A DNA stretch of 64,000 nt from Christensenellales bacterium (GTDB taxonomy: Bacteria; Bacillota; Clostridia; Christensenellales; UBA1431). This document shows positions 1-11,641 of the stretch, in pieces; the stretch's first letter is position 1, and each line of letters opens with the position of its first letter. Location: positions 4,993-68,992 of the forward strand of contig JAXGXY010000001.1 in NCBI GenBank assembly GCA_040772545.1, given 5' to 3'. The translations under genes and the position numbers were made by a program. A model generated the notes under the pieces. The model worked only from the letters and a program-made list of their open reading frames with translations, was not told the origin of the DNA and searched no databases.

Positions 1-93
1 CTGTATTATTATAATCCGGCCAGGACCACCAACAGTTACATGCTCAGCAAGCCCGTGCTGCTGGTGATAGGCGAGCACCGTTTCTGCCGGTAA
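1..93 (+). CDS. sleB: C-terminal end of a SleB-type spore cortex-lytic enzyme (partial, runs off the left edge)
   Basis: Frame 1 is open from base 1 to TAA at 91-93. The tail LYYYNPARTTNSYMLSKPVLLVIGEHRFCR resembles the conserved YFYNP...IG.H.F end of Hydrolase_2/SleB proteins. It sits directly upstream of ypeB, as in Bacillus. Confidence 0.55.
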   Translation: MYYYNPARTTNSYMLSKPVLLVIGEHRFCR

Positions 94-109
94 GAGGGAG
101 GGTACGGCG

Positions 110-1462
110 TTGGACTGGAAGAAGCATAAAAACAAGATCGGCTATGCCGTGCTGGCGATCGCGCTAATCGGCGCGGTGGTCTGGGCGGGCGTGACCGGTT
201 CCAGGGCGCAAAGCCTGGAACAGCAGCTCAACAGCGGCTATTCGCGCGGGTACAACGACCTTATAGCGAACCTCGAGAACCTGGAGACGAGCCTGTCCAA
301 ACTGCAGGTGACGTCGACGCCCAGGCAATATACTTTGCAGCTTATGGATATTTGGCGGCAATGTGGGGAAACTAAAGGCATACTGAACACGCTGCCCGTT
401 TCCCAGGTGGTTATGGGCGACGTTTCCGCCTTCGTGACCAGGATGGGCGACTACTGCTACATGCTGGGGCAGAAAGTCACGTCGGGCGCGCCGGTGACGG
501 GAGAAGACCTCGAACAGATCGGCAAGCTGCACGAAACATGCGTGCAGGTCTACCTGGCGATCAGAGAAGAGTTCGAGGCCAACAAAGACCGGTACGCGCA
601 ACTCACCGCCGAGGGCTTCGTAAAGGTTCCGGGCGAGGGCGAGTCGATGGCGAAACTCTCCAAGGACAACACCGAGTACCCGCATCTCGTCTACGACGGG
701 CCCTACTCGGAGAGCCGCGACGAACAGACGCCCAAAAGCCTGAAAAACGAAGCGCCCGTGGACGAGGCGACCGCGGAAAAAACCGCGAAAGCCCATGTGG
801 GCGGCGGGCTGGCGGGCGGATTGGAGCGCATGGACGATCTGAAGGGGATGATCGAATGCTATGCGTTCCGGGGCACGGTGGAGGACAGCGGGAACGAGGT
901 CTATGTCTACGTGACCAAGCGGGGCGGGAAAGTGCTGCTGCTCTCGCAGACGCTCCCCCCGGCCGAGACGGTCGTCCCCGACGAGAAGACGCTTAACGTG
1001 CTCGAACAGGCCGGAGCGAACTATTTGGCCGCGCACGGCTACGGCAGGATGAAGGCGACGTACAGCCAGTACTATGACGGGCAGGCCGTCATCAACTTCG
1101 CGGCGGTGCAGGACGGCGTCATCCTGTATCCCGACCTGGTCAAGGTCGGAATAATGATGGACGGGAGCAAGCGCGTCGTGGGCGTGGACGCCCGCAACTA
1201 CATCATGGCGCATCAGGACCGGACGCTCAAGGCCGTCAACCTTTCGGCCGAAGAGGCGCGCGCCATTATCAACCCGTCGCTGGAGATCACGGGCGAGAGG
1301 CTTGCCCTTATCCCCGCTGAAGATATGACCGAACGGCTGTGCTACGAATTCGCCATCCGCAAGGACGAAACCGATTATCTCGTGTATATCGACGCCGTCA
1401 ACGGCGAAGAGGCCGAGATACTCAAGATCATCGACACGAACGAAGGCAGCCTGGTCATGTAA
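110..1462 (+). CDS. ypeB: germination protein YpeB
   Basis: 450-aa ORF with a TTG start and an N-terminal TM helix (IGYAVLAIALIGAVVWAGV). Size and PepSY-like C-terminal region fit YpeB, and it follows the SleB-like gene end. Confidence 0.7.
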   Translation: MDWKKHKNKIGYAVLAIALIGAVVWAGVTGSRAQSLEQQLNSGYSRGYNDLIANLENLETSLSKLQVTSTPRQYTLQLMDIWRQCGETKGILNTLPVSQVVMGDVSAFVTRMGDYCYMLGQKVTSGAPVTGEDLEQIGKLHETCVQVYLAIREEFEANKDRYAQLTAEGFVKVPGEGESMAKLSKDNTEYPHLVYDGPYSESRDEQTPKSLKNEAPVDEATAEKTAKAHVGGGLAGGLERMDDLKGMIECYAFRGTVEDSGNEVYVYVTKRGGKVLLLSQTLPPAETVVPDEKTLNVLEQAGANYLAAHGYGRMKATYSQYYDGQAVINFAAVQDGVILYPDLVKVGIMMDGSKRVVGVDARNYIMAHQDRTLKAVNLSAEEARAIINPSLEITGERLALIPAEDMTERLCYEFAIRKDETDYLVYIDAVNGEEAEILKIIDTNEGSLVM

Positions 1463-1526
1463 GCGCCCCCGTCACGTGCCGCCAAGGCGGTGCGTGTACC
1501 CATACAACACATACCTCCCAACAACG

Positions 1527-1565
1527 AAACAGCAAGCGCCGCTTTTGCGGCGCTTGCTGTTTTTG
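1527..1565 (+). terminator. rho-independent terminator after ypeB
   Basis: Perfect hairpin AAACAGCAAGCGCCGC-tttt-GCGGCGCTTGCTGTTT followed by a T run. Confidence 0.8.
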
Positions 1566-1972
1566 GGCAAGCAACCATAGCCAACGCAGATTTCGATTGC
1601 ATTGGCAATATTATGGCAGGCTGAAATGCCGCCGAAGCCGTCGTTGGTAGCGTATTGATGAGAGCGCAGTTACAGACAAAGCCGTAAGTGCCGGGGAGGC
1701 CTGCGGTTAAGGTATGGCTCCCCCGGGGCGATTTTTTTGCGGTCATGCTTTCATCGGCCGACAGAAAATATGTCCGCATGCCGGCGCGGGCTTGAGCAAA
1801 AGGCGGGTCGGCCAAACGTTTAGCGCCCGGCAGGCGTTTTCAGCGGCGGCGGTGCGTGACGCTATAAAGGCGCCGATCACCCGCAACAGATGGAGAAGCG
1901 GTTCTGCGCCGGCGGATGCCTCTATATAGAATATGGAAAGCATATTAACCAAGGCCGGCGCAGCAAGCAGGC

Positions 1973-2392
1973 TCACAGATCGTCCGGCGGCGGGCCGCTA
2001 CCTTTGGCCGGTGCTTCCAAAGAAGGGTTCTCGTGCGCGGGAGGCGCGGGCTCCGGCTCCGGCTCCGGAAAAGCGGCCTCGTGCGGAAGCGGGGCGATGG
2101 CCGGGCGTTCGTACAGTTTCAGGTAGGAAACCGAGGCCAGGTAGCCACAGAGTTTAAAGACGCCCCCCAGAATCAGGGAAAAGATACCGAGGGTCAGAAA
2201 CGGCGAGGCTGTGCTCGATATGACCAGAAGCAGATAATGGCCGCCCTTGAGGAGCGAGTCTATGTAATTTATCGCAAAGATGGCGAGAAACCCGAGGCCC
2301 AGTACGAAGAAGAGTATGGCGGGCAGAGTCCAGAGCAGGTTGCGCTGTTTTGCCGTCCTGGCGATGGCGTACCTGGTGCGTCCGTGTGACAT
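1973..2392 (-). CDS. hypothetical small membrane protein with a Pro/Glu-rich tail
   Basis: 139-aa ORF with a strong SD (AAGGAGGG) 7 nt upstream of the ATG. It has 2-3 hydrophobic helices and a PEPEPEPAPP tail. Confidence 0.5.
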   Translation of the reverse strand: MSHGRTRYAIARTAKQRNLLWTLPAILFFVLGLGFLAIFAINYIDSLLKGGHYLLLVISSTASPFLTLGIFSLILGGVFKLCGYLASVSYLKLYERPAIAPLPHEAAFPEPEPEPAPPAHENPSLEAPAKGSGPPPDDL

Positions 2393-2561
2393 GGCGAACC
2401 CTCCTTTTTCCGATATAGATAAAGTGTATCATTCCCGTTGCAGGAATACAATTAATAGGCAAATTTGGGCTATCTTTCACCTTTGTTGGACACGTATCGA
2501 TATGTTATAATGAATTGGCCCGGTGCTTTTCAATTCGCCCGATAGATTAGGAGTGAGGCGC

Positions 2562-2999
2562 ATGGAAAACAATGTCATCGTCTCCATAGTTGGGAACCAA
2601 TTGATGCCGGACGGACAGGAAGGAAAGATGGAACTCGTAACCGAAGGCAGTTTTTACCGGGATGACCAGTCGTATGTGCTCGAATACCAGGAATCCGAGC
2701 TGTCCGGGATGAAAGGGACGACCACGCGCATCCGGCTCAGAGGTCAGAGCATGAGCCTGGAACGCCACGGTACGTACAACGCGCATTTCGTTTTCGAAAA
2801 ATGGAAGACATACCGCGGCCAGTATATCACCCCGTTCGGGGAAATCAACATGGAACTGTTCGCGACGGATTTCGGGGCGGATGTGGACAGCGAGGCGCTG
2901 AAGGGAAAAGTGGACGTGGAATACGAGATGCAGGTAGGAGGAATGCGCACGAGCAACCAACTGCTGGTCAGCTTCAGGTCCAAGGGATTGCCCGTATGA
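2562..2999 (+). CDS. DUF1934 (YwiB-like) beta-barrel protein
   Basis: ATG at 2562 preceded by an AGGAGTGAGG SD. The sequence MENNVIVSIVG...GKMELVTEGSFY...YVLEYQESE and its ~145-aa size are typical of DUF1934. It lies upstream of rho, as in other Bacillota. Confidence 0.6.
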   Translation: MENNVIVSIVGNQLMPDGQEGKMELVTEGSFYRDDQSYVLEYQESELSGMKGTTTRIRLRGQSMSLERHGTYNAHFVFEKWKTYRGQYITPFGEINMELFATDFGADVDSEALKGKVDVEYEMQVGGMRTSNQLLVSFRSKGLPV

Positions 3000-3075
3000 C
3001 CCTGAAGCCGGGAGACAGGCCCTTGCGGCAACACTGATAGCGTGAATACGCTAAAGCCAATATAAAGGCTTTTTC

Positions 3076-3101
3076 GGACACGGGCGCTCTTGCCCGTGTC
3101 C
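3076..3101 (+). terminator. hairpin downstream of the DUF1934 gene
   Basis: 10-bp stem GGACACGGGC/GCCCGTGTCC with a 6-nt loop. The T run starts only 9 nt later. Confidence 0.45.
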
Positions 3102-3406
3102 CCGCCACGTTTTTCGGTTTGCCTGTGATTGTGGCTTGTTCAGCGGGAAGGGGCTCGGTGTATAGGAACTCCCCGATGGCTTATCCGGTCCGCCCGCATC
3201 ATTTCATCAACTCAAACCGTGTACGCCGTGATCGAACGGCCTGCGAAAATGCGTCAGATATTCGGAAAATCGCCGTATTGGTTCATTTTTCCGCCTTTTT
3301 TACCGATAAATAATCAGGTCTTGTTTCCTTTTGCATAATTTTGTAAAATGGTTTATTCGCGCGAAGCCCAGGGCATAATAGGGGTGAGGACGGTAGCGTG
3401 CCGCAG

Positions 3407-3436
3407 TTGACGCGTCGAACGAAAGGATGGTATAAT
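3407..3436 (+). promoter_or_regulatory. sigma-A-type promoter (TTGACG, 18-nt spacer, TGGTATAAT) upstream of the rho leader
   Basis: Near-consensus -35 and extended -10, about 210 nt upstream of the rho ATG. A second candidate is TTGACC 3489-3494 with TAGAAT 3511-3516. Confidence 0.4.
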
Positions 3437-3644
3437 ACCCGAAAGGTCCGAATGTATTCATATAGCCGATTCGCCATTTCATTATTCTTTGACCTTTATC
3501 GATTTACCCATAGAATAATATATACATCTATTACCGCTTGCGAGAGGAAAGTGTACGGTCGGTATTTTGCATGACGGTCTGCTATGGAAACTTTCAGTGC
3601 ACGCGGGTGTATATTGTTATAAGAGCGCATTTCAAGGAGGTACT

Positions 3645-5237
<1,593 letters not shown>

Positions 5238-5263
5238 CCAAATCCGAATTCCCTGACGCTGTG

Positions 5264-5482
5264 CCAACGCAAACTCCGTTTGCGTTGGTTAGGCCGTCGG
5301 CAAACCCTTCGGGATTTGTCGACGGCTTTCTGTGTGGTTAAAATGCCGCTTTTAGGCGGTTATTTTCGCCAATCTGACGCACATGTCGTCAGATTGGATT
5401 GAAAGTGGGGGATTGCATCCCCCACACCCCCTGCCAGTAGGCTTTTTTGACAGTCTGACAACGCAAACTCCGTTTGCGTTGG
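5264..5482. repeat. cluster of palindromic intergenic repeats (REP-like)
   Basis: An identical 24-nt palindromic unit CAACGCAAACTCCGTTTGCGTTGG occurs at 5265-5288 and 5459-5482. Further hairpins lie at 5293-5326 (GCCGTCG...CGACGGC) and 5369-5397 (CCAATCTGACG...CGTCAGATTGG). Confidence 0.7.
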
Positions 5483-5648
5483 TTTTATCTGGCGCAGCCG
5501 GTGAAGCGTGAATGGGGCCGGCGGCCCCAGACCCCCGGGAAGTATAGGGAGGCGCGACAGAGTATATAACATGAATATACATGTTGACTCAAATATTCGG
5601 GTGTAATATAGTTGAGGTGGAAGTATATCCACAAGGGAGGGAAAGAAT

Positions 5649-6368
5649 ATGGTGGATCTTACAAAGTACGATAAGAAGTCGATCGGGAAGCTGTTCGACC
5701 TCGCTGTGTTGCCCAAGAACATCACCGAGGACGATGTGCGAAAAGGCGCGAAGGATGCGGTGAAGTACAACTGCGCATCGTACTACACGAACTCCTACTT
5801 CTGGACGCCGGTTGTCAAGGAGGAACTGGCGGGTTCCGATGTGCTGATAGCGGCAGGGATCGATTTCCCATGGGGCGTATCGCCCAGCATCGTCAAGGCG
5901 TTCGAGACGGAGCAGGCGGTGAAAGCCGGGTGCCAGTCGCTGGACATCACCATCAACATGAGCGCGCTTCGTTCGAAGATGTACGATAAGGTGCTCCAGG
6001 AACTCAAGGATTTCAAGGCCGCGGCACAGGGCTGCCTGACCAAGGGCATCATCGAGTTTTGCCATGCCACGCTTGAAGAGATCGAAATCGCCTGCAAGAT
6101 GATCGCGGAAGCGGGGCTGGACTACGCGAAGACCGGTACGGGCCAGTTCGACGGCCTGGACATGACCCAGTTCATGAAAATGAAAGAGACGCTCAAGGGC
6201 ACCAGTGTCAAGCTCAAGGTTTCGGGTGTGAAATATCCGCGCCCCCAGAACGCATACATGTTCCTCCTCGCGGGCGCCGACCTCATCGGCACGCGGGCGG
6301 CCCCGGACATCATCGAGAATCTGGACCTGATGCGCGAGATCGGGATCGTGCCGCCGTATAAGCCATAA
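5649..6368 (+). CDS. DeoC/LacD-family class I aldolase (deoxyribose-phosphate aldolase-like)
   Basis: 239 aa. The DeoC-like layout includes LDITINMSAL and DYAKTGTG (Schiff-base lysine context). Confidence 0.6.
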   Translation: MVDLTKYDKKSIGKLFDLAVLPKNITEDDVRKGAKDAVKYNCASYYTNSYFWTPVVKEELAGSDVLIAAGIDFPWGVSPSIVKAFETEQAVKAGCQSLDITINMSALRSKMYDKVLQELKDFKAAAQGCLTKGIIEFCHATLEEIEIACKMIAEAGLDYAKTGTGQFDGLDMTQFMKMKETLKGTSVKLKVSGVKYPRPQNAYMFLLAGADLIGTRAAPDIIENLDLMREIGIVPPYKP

Positions 6369-6394
6369 GCCCAAGGCACAGTGCGGTCATGCAA

Positions 6395-6420
6395 AAGGGG
6401 ACGGCGTCGAAGCCGTCCCC
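6395..6420 (+). terminator. hairpin after the aldolase gene
   Basis: 10-bp stem AGGGGACGGC/GCCGTCCCCT with a 6-nt loop and a weak T tract. Confidence 0.4.
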
Positions 6421-6628
6421 TTCGGCCGCTATTCCCAAGTGACGCGATCCTGCGGCGCTCCCTTTTATGCCCGCGAAAAGCCTGGCGTCAGAGTCGTAAG
6501 AGATACGTGCCGGCGGCGTGCGGAACACGAACGTTTAAAAGCGGGGAATGGTCACGTTTTTTCTTGCTTTATGGACTTGTTGTGGTATAATAGTGTCTGC
6601 ATTGAAGAAATGGGAGTTGAAAAGACTG

Positions 6629-6826
6629 ATGAAAGAGGGAATTCACCCCGCGTACCAGAAATGTACGGTGCGCTGCGCCTGTGGCGAAACCTTTGAAACG
6701 GGGTCCACGAAAAAAGAGATTCGAGTGGAAATCTGTTCGAAATGTCATCCCTTTTTTACGGGGAAACAGAAGCTTGTGGATACAGGCGGGCGTGTGGACC
6801 GTTTCAAGCGCAGATACAGCCTATAG
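6629..6826 (+). CDS. rpmE: 50S ribosomal protein L31 (Zn-ribbon type)
   Basis: [11 protein letters not shown]...CACG...[26 protein letters not shown] is the canonical L31 sequence. The internal ATG at 6629 is the likely start. Confidence 0.95.
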   Translation: MKEGIHPAYQKCTVRCACGETFETGSTKKEIRVEICSKCHPFFTGKQKLVDTGGRVDRFKRRYSL

Positions 6827-6931
6827 TTTTCGTATAGGCCTTCGGGCCGGTATGGTTCCTAACACTATACCCGTGTGTTTCGTCCGCCGGGCATAGTGTT
6901 ATTTCTATAATAGGGAGAAAAGGGAGAGAAT

Positions 6932-7804
6932 TTGGGTAAGGTTTACATCGGCGGTCAGGCCGTCATAGAAGGCGTCTTGATGCAGTCCCCGACCGCCACC
7001 GCGCTGGCGGTGCGCGTGCCTGGCGGTTCTATCCACGTGGAGGATTTCGGGCACGAGGCGCCGCCGCCCGGGCGTAACTGGCGGAACTGGCCAGTCGTGC
7101 GCGGGATTTGGAGGATGTGGAAGATGTTCGTGATGGGCATGCGCTCCATCAACCGCTCGGCAGCCCTTGCATTTCCCGACGAGGCCGGCGGGGAAAACAG
7201 CGGCGCATTGACGACCGTGCTGGCCGTGGTCATAGCGCTTGCCGTCTTCATCGCGTTGCCGACGGTCGCGGCGGGTTATCTGGCGTCGTTTATCACGGAC
7301 CCATTTGTGCTGAACATCGCGGAAGGCCTTCTGCGCCTGGCGATATTCTTAGGATATCTATGGTCGGTTTCAAGGATCAAAGACATCCGCCGGGTGTTCA
7401 TGTACCACGGCGCCGAGCACAAGGTCGTGCACTGCTACGAACGGGACATGGAGCTGACCGTCGAGAACGCGTCCGGCTGCCCGCGCCTGCACCCGCGCTG
7501 CGGAACCAGCTTCCTGCTGCTGATCGTGATCCTGAGCATCGTGCTCTTTTCGCTTCTCGGGTGGAGCGGGGCTTGGTACGCGCGCATCGGCCTGCGCCTA
7601 GCCGCGCTGCCTGTCGTCGCAGGGCTGGCGTACGAACTGCTGCGATTCGCTGCGCGGCGCGAGTCCTTGTTCTGGCGCGTGGTCCGGTTTCCGGGCATTC
7701 AGCTTCAGCGGCTGACCACGCGCGAGCCGGACGATGGTATGATTGAGGTCGCTATCGCGGCGTTTAGGCGGGTGGCGTGCACGGAGGAACCGAGTATTGG
7801 ATGA
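6932..7804 (+). CDS. DUF1385 membrane protein (YqhQ-like)
   Basis: 290 aa with the hallmark YHGAEHKV motif and several TM segments. It holds the conserved position upstream of prmC-prfA. Confidence 0.7.
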   Translation: MGKVYIGGQAVIEGVLMQSPTATALAVRVPGGSIHVEDFGHEAPPPGRNWRNWPVVRGIWRMWKMFVMGMRSINRSAALAFPDEAGGENSGALTTVLAVVIALAVFIALPTVAAGYLASFITDPFVLNIAEGLLRLAIFLGYLWSVSRIKDIRRVFMYHGAEHKVVHCYERDMELTVENASGCPRLHPRCGTSFLLLIVILSIVLFSLLGWSGAWYARIGLRLAALPVVAGLAYELLRFAARRESLFWRVVRFPGIQLQRLTTREPDDGMIEVAIAAFRRVACTEEPSIG

Positions 7805-7805
7805 A

Positions 7806-8666
7806 ATGACCCCACTCAAGGCGCTTTCACAGGCAGGGCAGAAGCTGGAGAAGGCGCAAATACCCAACGCACAGAACGAAGCCCGATTCATACTCCTCGA
7901 CGTGATGGGCACGGATATGGCCGGGTTGTTACGCAATGGCACAAAGCCGATGGGGGAAGCGAAACTCAGCCTTTACCGTCAGAAGATCGAGCAGCGGGTT
8001 TCGGGCAGGCCGCTTGCGTATATTTTGGGCAAAGAGTGTTTCATGGGCCTGTGGTTCAGCGTTGACGAGCACGTGCTCATCCCGAGGCGGGACACCGAAA
8101 AGCTGGTCCACGAAGCGCTGGCCTGCCTGAGCCAATACGCGAAATGCCGGGTGTTGGACCTGTGCTGCGGTTCGGGCGCCGTCGGTATCGCCATCGCGCA
8201 CCTGAAGCGGGAAGCCCAGGTCATAGCGGCCGACATCTCGCCGAAATGCCTCGAGGTTGCGAAGAAGAACGCGAGGCAGAACAAGGTCATTTCGCGCATG
8301 CGTTTCGTGCAGTCCGACCTCTTTGCCGAACTTGAGGGCCAGCGCTTCGACGCGATCGTCTGCAACCCGCCCTACGTCAGCGACGAGCGGATGCGGGAAC
8401 TGTCCGTCGACGTGCGGGACTTCGAGCCCGGGCTCGCGCTCTTCGGCGGCAGGGACGGCAAGGACTATTACCGGGCGATCATCCCCAAGGCGCGGCATCA
8501 CCTGAACAAGGGCGGTTATCTGGTGCTGGAGACGGCGAACGACCAGGCGGCGACGGTGGCCGAAATGATGCTCAAGGCCGGTTTTCAGGCGGTTTGCGTT
8601 GTCCGCGACGACGGCGGCCGGCCCCGCGTCGTAAGCGGCAGGTACGAGATGCCGGGATTACGGTGA
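7806..8666 (+). CDS. prmC: release-factor glutamine N5-methyltransferase PrmC
   Basis: SAM motif [11 protein letters not shown] and catalytic NPPY (VCNPPYV). Adjacent to prfA. The start is taken at internal ATG 7806. Confidence 0.9.
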   Translation: MTPLKALSQAGQKLEKAQIPNAQNEARFILLDVMGTDMAGLLRNGTKPMGEAKLSLYRQKIEQRVSGRPLAYILGKECFMGLWFSVDEHVLIPRRDTEKLVHEALACLSQYAKCRVLDLCCGSGAVGIAIAHLKREAQVIAADISPKCLEVAKKNARQNKVISRMRFVQSDLFAELEGQRFDAIVCNPPYVSDERMRELSVDVRDFEPGLALFGGRDGKDYYRAIIPKARHHLNKGGYLVLETANDQAATVAEMMLKAGFQAVCVVRDDGGRPRVVSGRYEMPGLR

Positions 8667-8671
8667 GAGAG

Positions 8672-9739
8672 ATGGAAATGCAGGAGAAACTCGAAGGCAT
8701 CAAAACAAGGTATGAGGAACTGAGCGGGCGCCTGGCGGACCCGGCGCTGATCGGCGACGTACCGAAATACACCGATACGCTGAAGAAACACGCGGCCCTG
8801 GAGGAGATCGTGCAGGAATACGAGACTTATCGGGGCCTTTTGGCGCAGGAGAAGGAACTGAGCGGCCTGATCGCCGGCGGGGACGAGGAATTGCAGCAGA
8901 TCGCCAGAGAGGAACTGCCAAAGGTGCAGTCCGCCCTGGAGGCTTCCGAGGCGGCGCTGAAGGCCATGCTCGTGCCCAGGGACCCGAGGGACGAAAGGAA
9001 CGTCATCATGGAGGTGCGCGCGGGCACGGGCGGCGACGAAGCCGCGCTGTTCGGCGCGGACCTGGTTCGGATGTATATGCGCTACGCCGAGCGCAGAGGA
9101 TATAAGACGGAGATGCTTTCGACTTCGCTCACCGACATAGGCGGCGTGAAAGAGGTCGTGATGAGCATATCCGGCCGTGGAGCGTTCTCCCGTTTGAAAT
9201 ACGAAAGCGGGGTGCACCGCGTGCAGCGCGTGCCCGAGACGGAGTCCCAGGGGCGCGTGCATACGTCGGCTGCGACGGTGGCCGTGCTGCCCGAAGCGGA
9301 GGACGTCGAGGTGGAGATCGACCCGGGCGACCTGCGCGTAGACGTTTACCGCAGCGGCGGCCACGGCGGGCAGAGCGTGAACACGACCGACTCGGCCGTG
9401 CGCATCACGCACCTGCCCAGCGGCCTGGTCGTGACCTGCCAGGACGAAAAATCGCAGCTAAAAAACAAGGAAAAGGCCATGCGCGTGCTCAAGAGCCGCC
9501 TGCTCGACCTCATGCGTTCGCAGCAGGACAGCGAGCTGGCCGCGCAGCGCAAGAGCCAGGTCGGCTCCGGCGACCGTTCGGAACGCATCCGGACCTACAA
9601 CTTCCCGCAGGGCCGCGTGACCGACCACCGTATCGGGCTAACGCTATACAGGCTCGAAGCGTTCATGCTGGGCGACCTGGACGGGATGATCGACGCGCTC
9701 GCCGTGCAGGAGCGCGCCAACGCGCTGAAGAACGACTGA
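8672..9739 (+). CDS. prfA: peptide chain release factor 1
   Basis: GGQ motif ([20 protein letters not shown]) and RF1-type PxT context ([17 protein letters not shown]). The start is taken at ATG 8672. Confidence 0.95.
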   Translation: MEMQEKLEGIKTRYEELSGRLADPALIGDVPKYTDTLKKHAALEEIVQEYETYRGLLAQEKELSGLIAGGDEELQQIAREELPKVQSALEASEAALKAMLVPRDPRDERNVIMEVRAGTGGDEAALFGADLVRMYMRYAERRGYKTEMLSTSLTDIGGVKEVVMSISGRGAFSRLKYESGVHRVQRVPETESQGRVHTSAATVAVLPEAEDVEVEIDPGDLRVDVYRSGGHGGQSVNTTDSAVRITHLPSGLVVTCQDEKSQLKNKEKAMRVLKSRLLDLMRSQQDSELAAQRKSQVGSGDRSERIRTYNFPQGRVTDHRIGLTLYRLEAFMLGDLDGMIDALAVQERANALKND

Positions 9740-9796
9740 ATCGCGACGGATGAAAACCCCCGTTGCCCGCATAAGCATATAGCGTTAACGAAGAAT

Positions 9797-10561
9797 ATGA
9801 GGGCGGGGGTCATGACGGGGCTGGGATCATCCATCGCCGTGGGCACGCTCATAGGCGTTGCCGGAACGGGACTGGGCGGCGCGGTCTGCTACATCATCGC
9901 GCACCCCACCAAAACGACGCAGGCGGTCATGCTTTCGTATTCGGGCGGCGTGATGGCGGCGATGGTCGTGTTCAGCATGCTTCCCGAGGCGTTTGTCGGA
10001 AAGCCTTTCTGGCCGGGGGCCCTGAGCCTGCTGTTGAGCGGGGCGTTCGTGGGCGCGCTCTCGGCCGTGCTACGCCTCCCGGCCGACTGCCCGCAGACCG
10101 GGGAGGGCATGCGCCTGCGCCTGCAGCGTACTTCGCTGATGATAATAAGCGCCATCGCGCTGCATAACCTCCCGGAAGGCCTGGCGATAGGCACCGGGCT
10201 TTGTGTGCGCTCCGACTACACGTTCACGCTCATCCTGCTCATGCTCCTGCACGACATACCCGAGGGGATGGCGGCCGGCGTAGGCCTCAAGGCCGGCCGG
10301 ATGAGCGCCTTCAAGGGCATCGGCGCCTGCATGCTCGCCGGGGTGCCCACGGGGCTGGGCGCCGCGGTCGGATTCTTCGTGGGGGGAATCTCCCAGGCGT
10401 TCATATCGGCCAGCATAGCGTTTGCGGCCGGTGCCATGCTCCTGGTCACCTGCCTGGAACTCATTCCCAGCGCGCGCGGCCTGGACAGCAGGAAGTGCGT
10501 GCTGATCCCTGCTTTCGCTGCGGGCGTGCTGACCGGCGCGCTGGTCATTGCAGGGCTTTAA
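9797..10561 (+). CDS. ZIP-family metal (zinc) transporter
   Basis: Polytopic membrane protein with paired HNLPEGLAIG and HDIPEGMAAG motifs. Confidence 0.8.
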   Translation: MRAGVMTGLGSSIAVGTLIGVAGTGLGGAVCYIIAHPTKTTQAVMLSYSGGVMAAMVVFSMLPEAFVGKPFWPGALSLLLSGAFVGALSAVLRLPADCPQTGEGMRLRLQRTSLMIISAIALHNLPEGLAIGTGLCVRSDYTFTLILLMLLHDIPEGMAAGVGLKAGRMSAFKGIGACMLAGVPTGLGAAVGFFVGGISQAFISASIAFAAGAMLLVTCLELIPSARGLDSRKCVLIPAFAAGVLTGALVIAGL

Positions 10562-10571
10562 TATAGGAGGG

Positions 10572-11618
10572 ATGGCTATTCGCAGAGACCGAGAGATCGT
10601 GACCAGCCTGCGCGCGTGGGACGAGCCTGGCGCGCTGGAGGAGGCCGCGCGGCTCCTTCGGGCCGGAGACGTCGTGGCTTTCCCGACCGAGACGGTGTAC
10701 GGATTGGGGGCATTATGCTCCCTGGAATCAGCCGTGCGGCGCGTTTTCGAAGTGAAGGGGCGCCCGGCCGACAATCCGCTCATCGTCCACGTCGACGGCG
10801 TCCCCTGCGCCCGGTCGCTGGCGCGCGAATGGACGCCGGTTGCCCAGGCGCTAGCCGGTGCGTTCTGGCCCGGGCCGCTCACCCTGGTCCTGCCGCGCGC
10901 GCCGGGCCTGCCGTCCGCTATCAGCGCCGGGCTCGATACGGTGGCGCTGCGCATGCCGGCCCATCCCTGCGCGCTCGCGCTCGTTTCGCGCGCCGGCCCG
11001 GTCGCCGCGCCCAGCGCGAATCTGTCGGGACGTCCGAGCCCGACGCGGGCGGAACACGTCTTCGCCGACCTCGGCGGCAGGATCCCCCTCATACTCGACG
11101 GAGGACCGTGCGAGAAAGGGCTGGAATCCACCGTGCTGGACATCACGGGCGAAGTGCCCGTTATCCTGCGCCCGGGCCACGTGACCGCCGCGGACATCGC
11201 GGCTGTCGCCGGGGACGTGGGCCTTTCGCCGGGGGTGCTCGGCCCCCTGCCCGAAGGGTCGAAAGCGGTTTCGCCCGGCGTCATGCACCGCCACTACGCG
11301 CCGCTGAGCCGCGTGACGGTGTTTTTAGGGGAAGAGGAAGCCGTGCGCGCGAGCATGGCCGGGGAATACGAAAAGCTTGAGGAGGCGGGGTTCAGGCCGC
11401 TCATGGTGGGCATCGGCGCCTTTTTGGGCTATGAAAGCCGGACGGCGGCGGACATGGAAGCACTCGCGCGGGACTTCTACGCCATTCTCCTCGAAAGCGA
11501 GAAGGAGTATACGCACCTGCTTGTACAGGGGGTGGACGGGCAAGGCGTAGGGCTGGCGCTGATGAACCGCGCGCTGCGCGCGGCGGATTATTCGGTAAAG
11601 GTCGTGGACGGGACGTAG
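10572..11618 (+). CDS. tsaC: L-threonylcarbamoyladenylate synthase (Sua5/YwlC/TsaC family)
   Basis: FPTETVYGLG and RPxDNPLIVH motifs, plus a Sua5 C-terminal domain. The maximal ORF begins at TTG 10548; ATG 10572 follows a GGAGGG. Confidence 0.9.
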   Translation: MAIRRDREIVTSLRAWDEPGALEEAARLLRAGDVVAFPTETVYGLGALCSLESAVRRVFEVKGRPADNPLIVHVDGVPCARSLAREWTPVAQALAGAFWPGPLTLVLPRAPGLPSAISAGLDTVALRMPAHPCALALVSRAGPVAAPSANLSGRPSPTRAEHVFADLGGRIPLILDGGPCEKGLESTVLDITGEVPVILRPGHVTAADIAAVAGDVGLSPGVLGPLPEGSKAVSPGVMHRHYAPLSRVTVFLGEEEAVRASMAGEYEKLEEAGFRPLMVGIGAFLGYESRTAADMEALARDFYAILLESEKEYTHLLVQGVDGQGVGLALMNRALRAADYSVKVVDGT

Positions 11619-11641
11619 CCAAATTAAAGGGAGGGCGTCGC

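Noticed and set aside
164-1213. 349-aa minus-strand ORF inside ypeB, with similar cases at 5589-6374, 8585-9412, 23880-25097 and 25314-26183
   Set aside because: All are antisense to well-supported genes (ypeB, aldolase, prfA, ktrB, ktrA) and have shadow-like composition.
10070-11284. 404-aa minus-strand ORF, plus the 254-aa plus-strand alternative frame at 10616-11380
   Set aside because: Both overlap the ZIP and tsaC genes, which have diagnostic motifs. The translations are Arg/Pro/Gly/Ala-rich low complexity.
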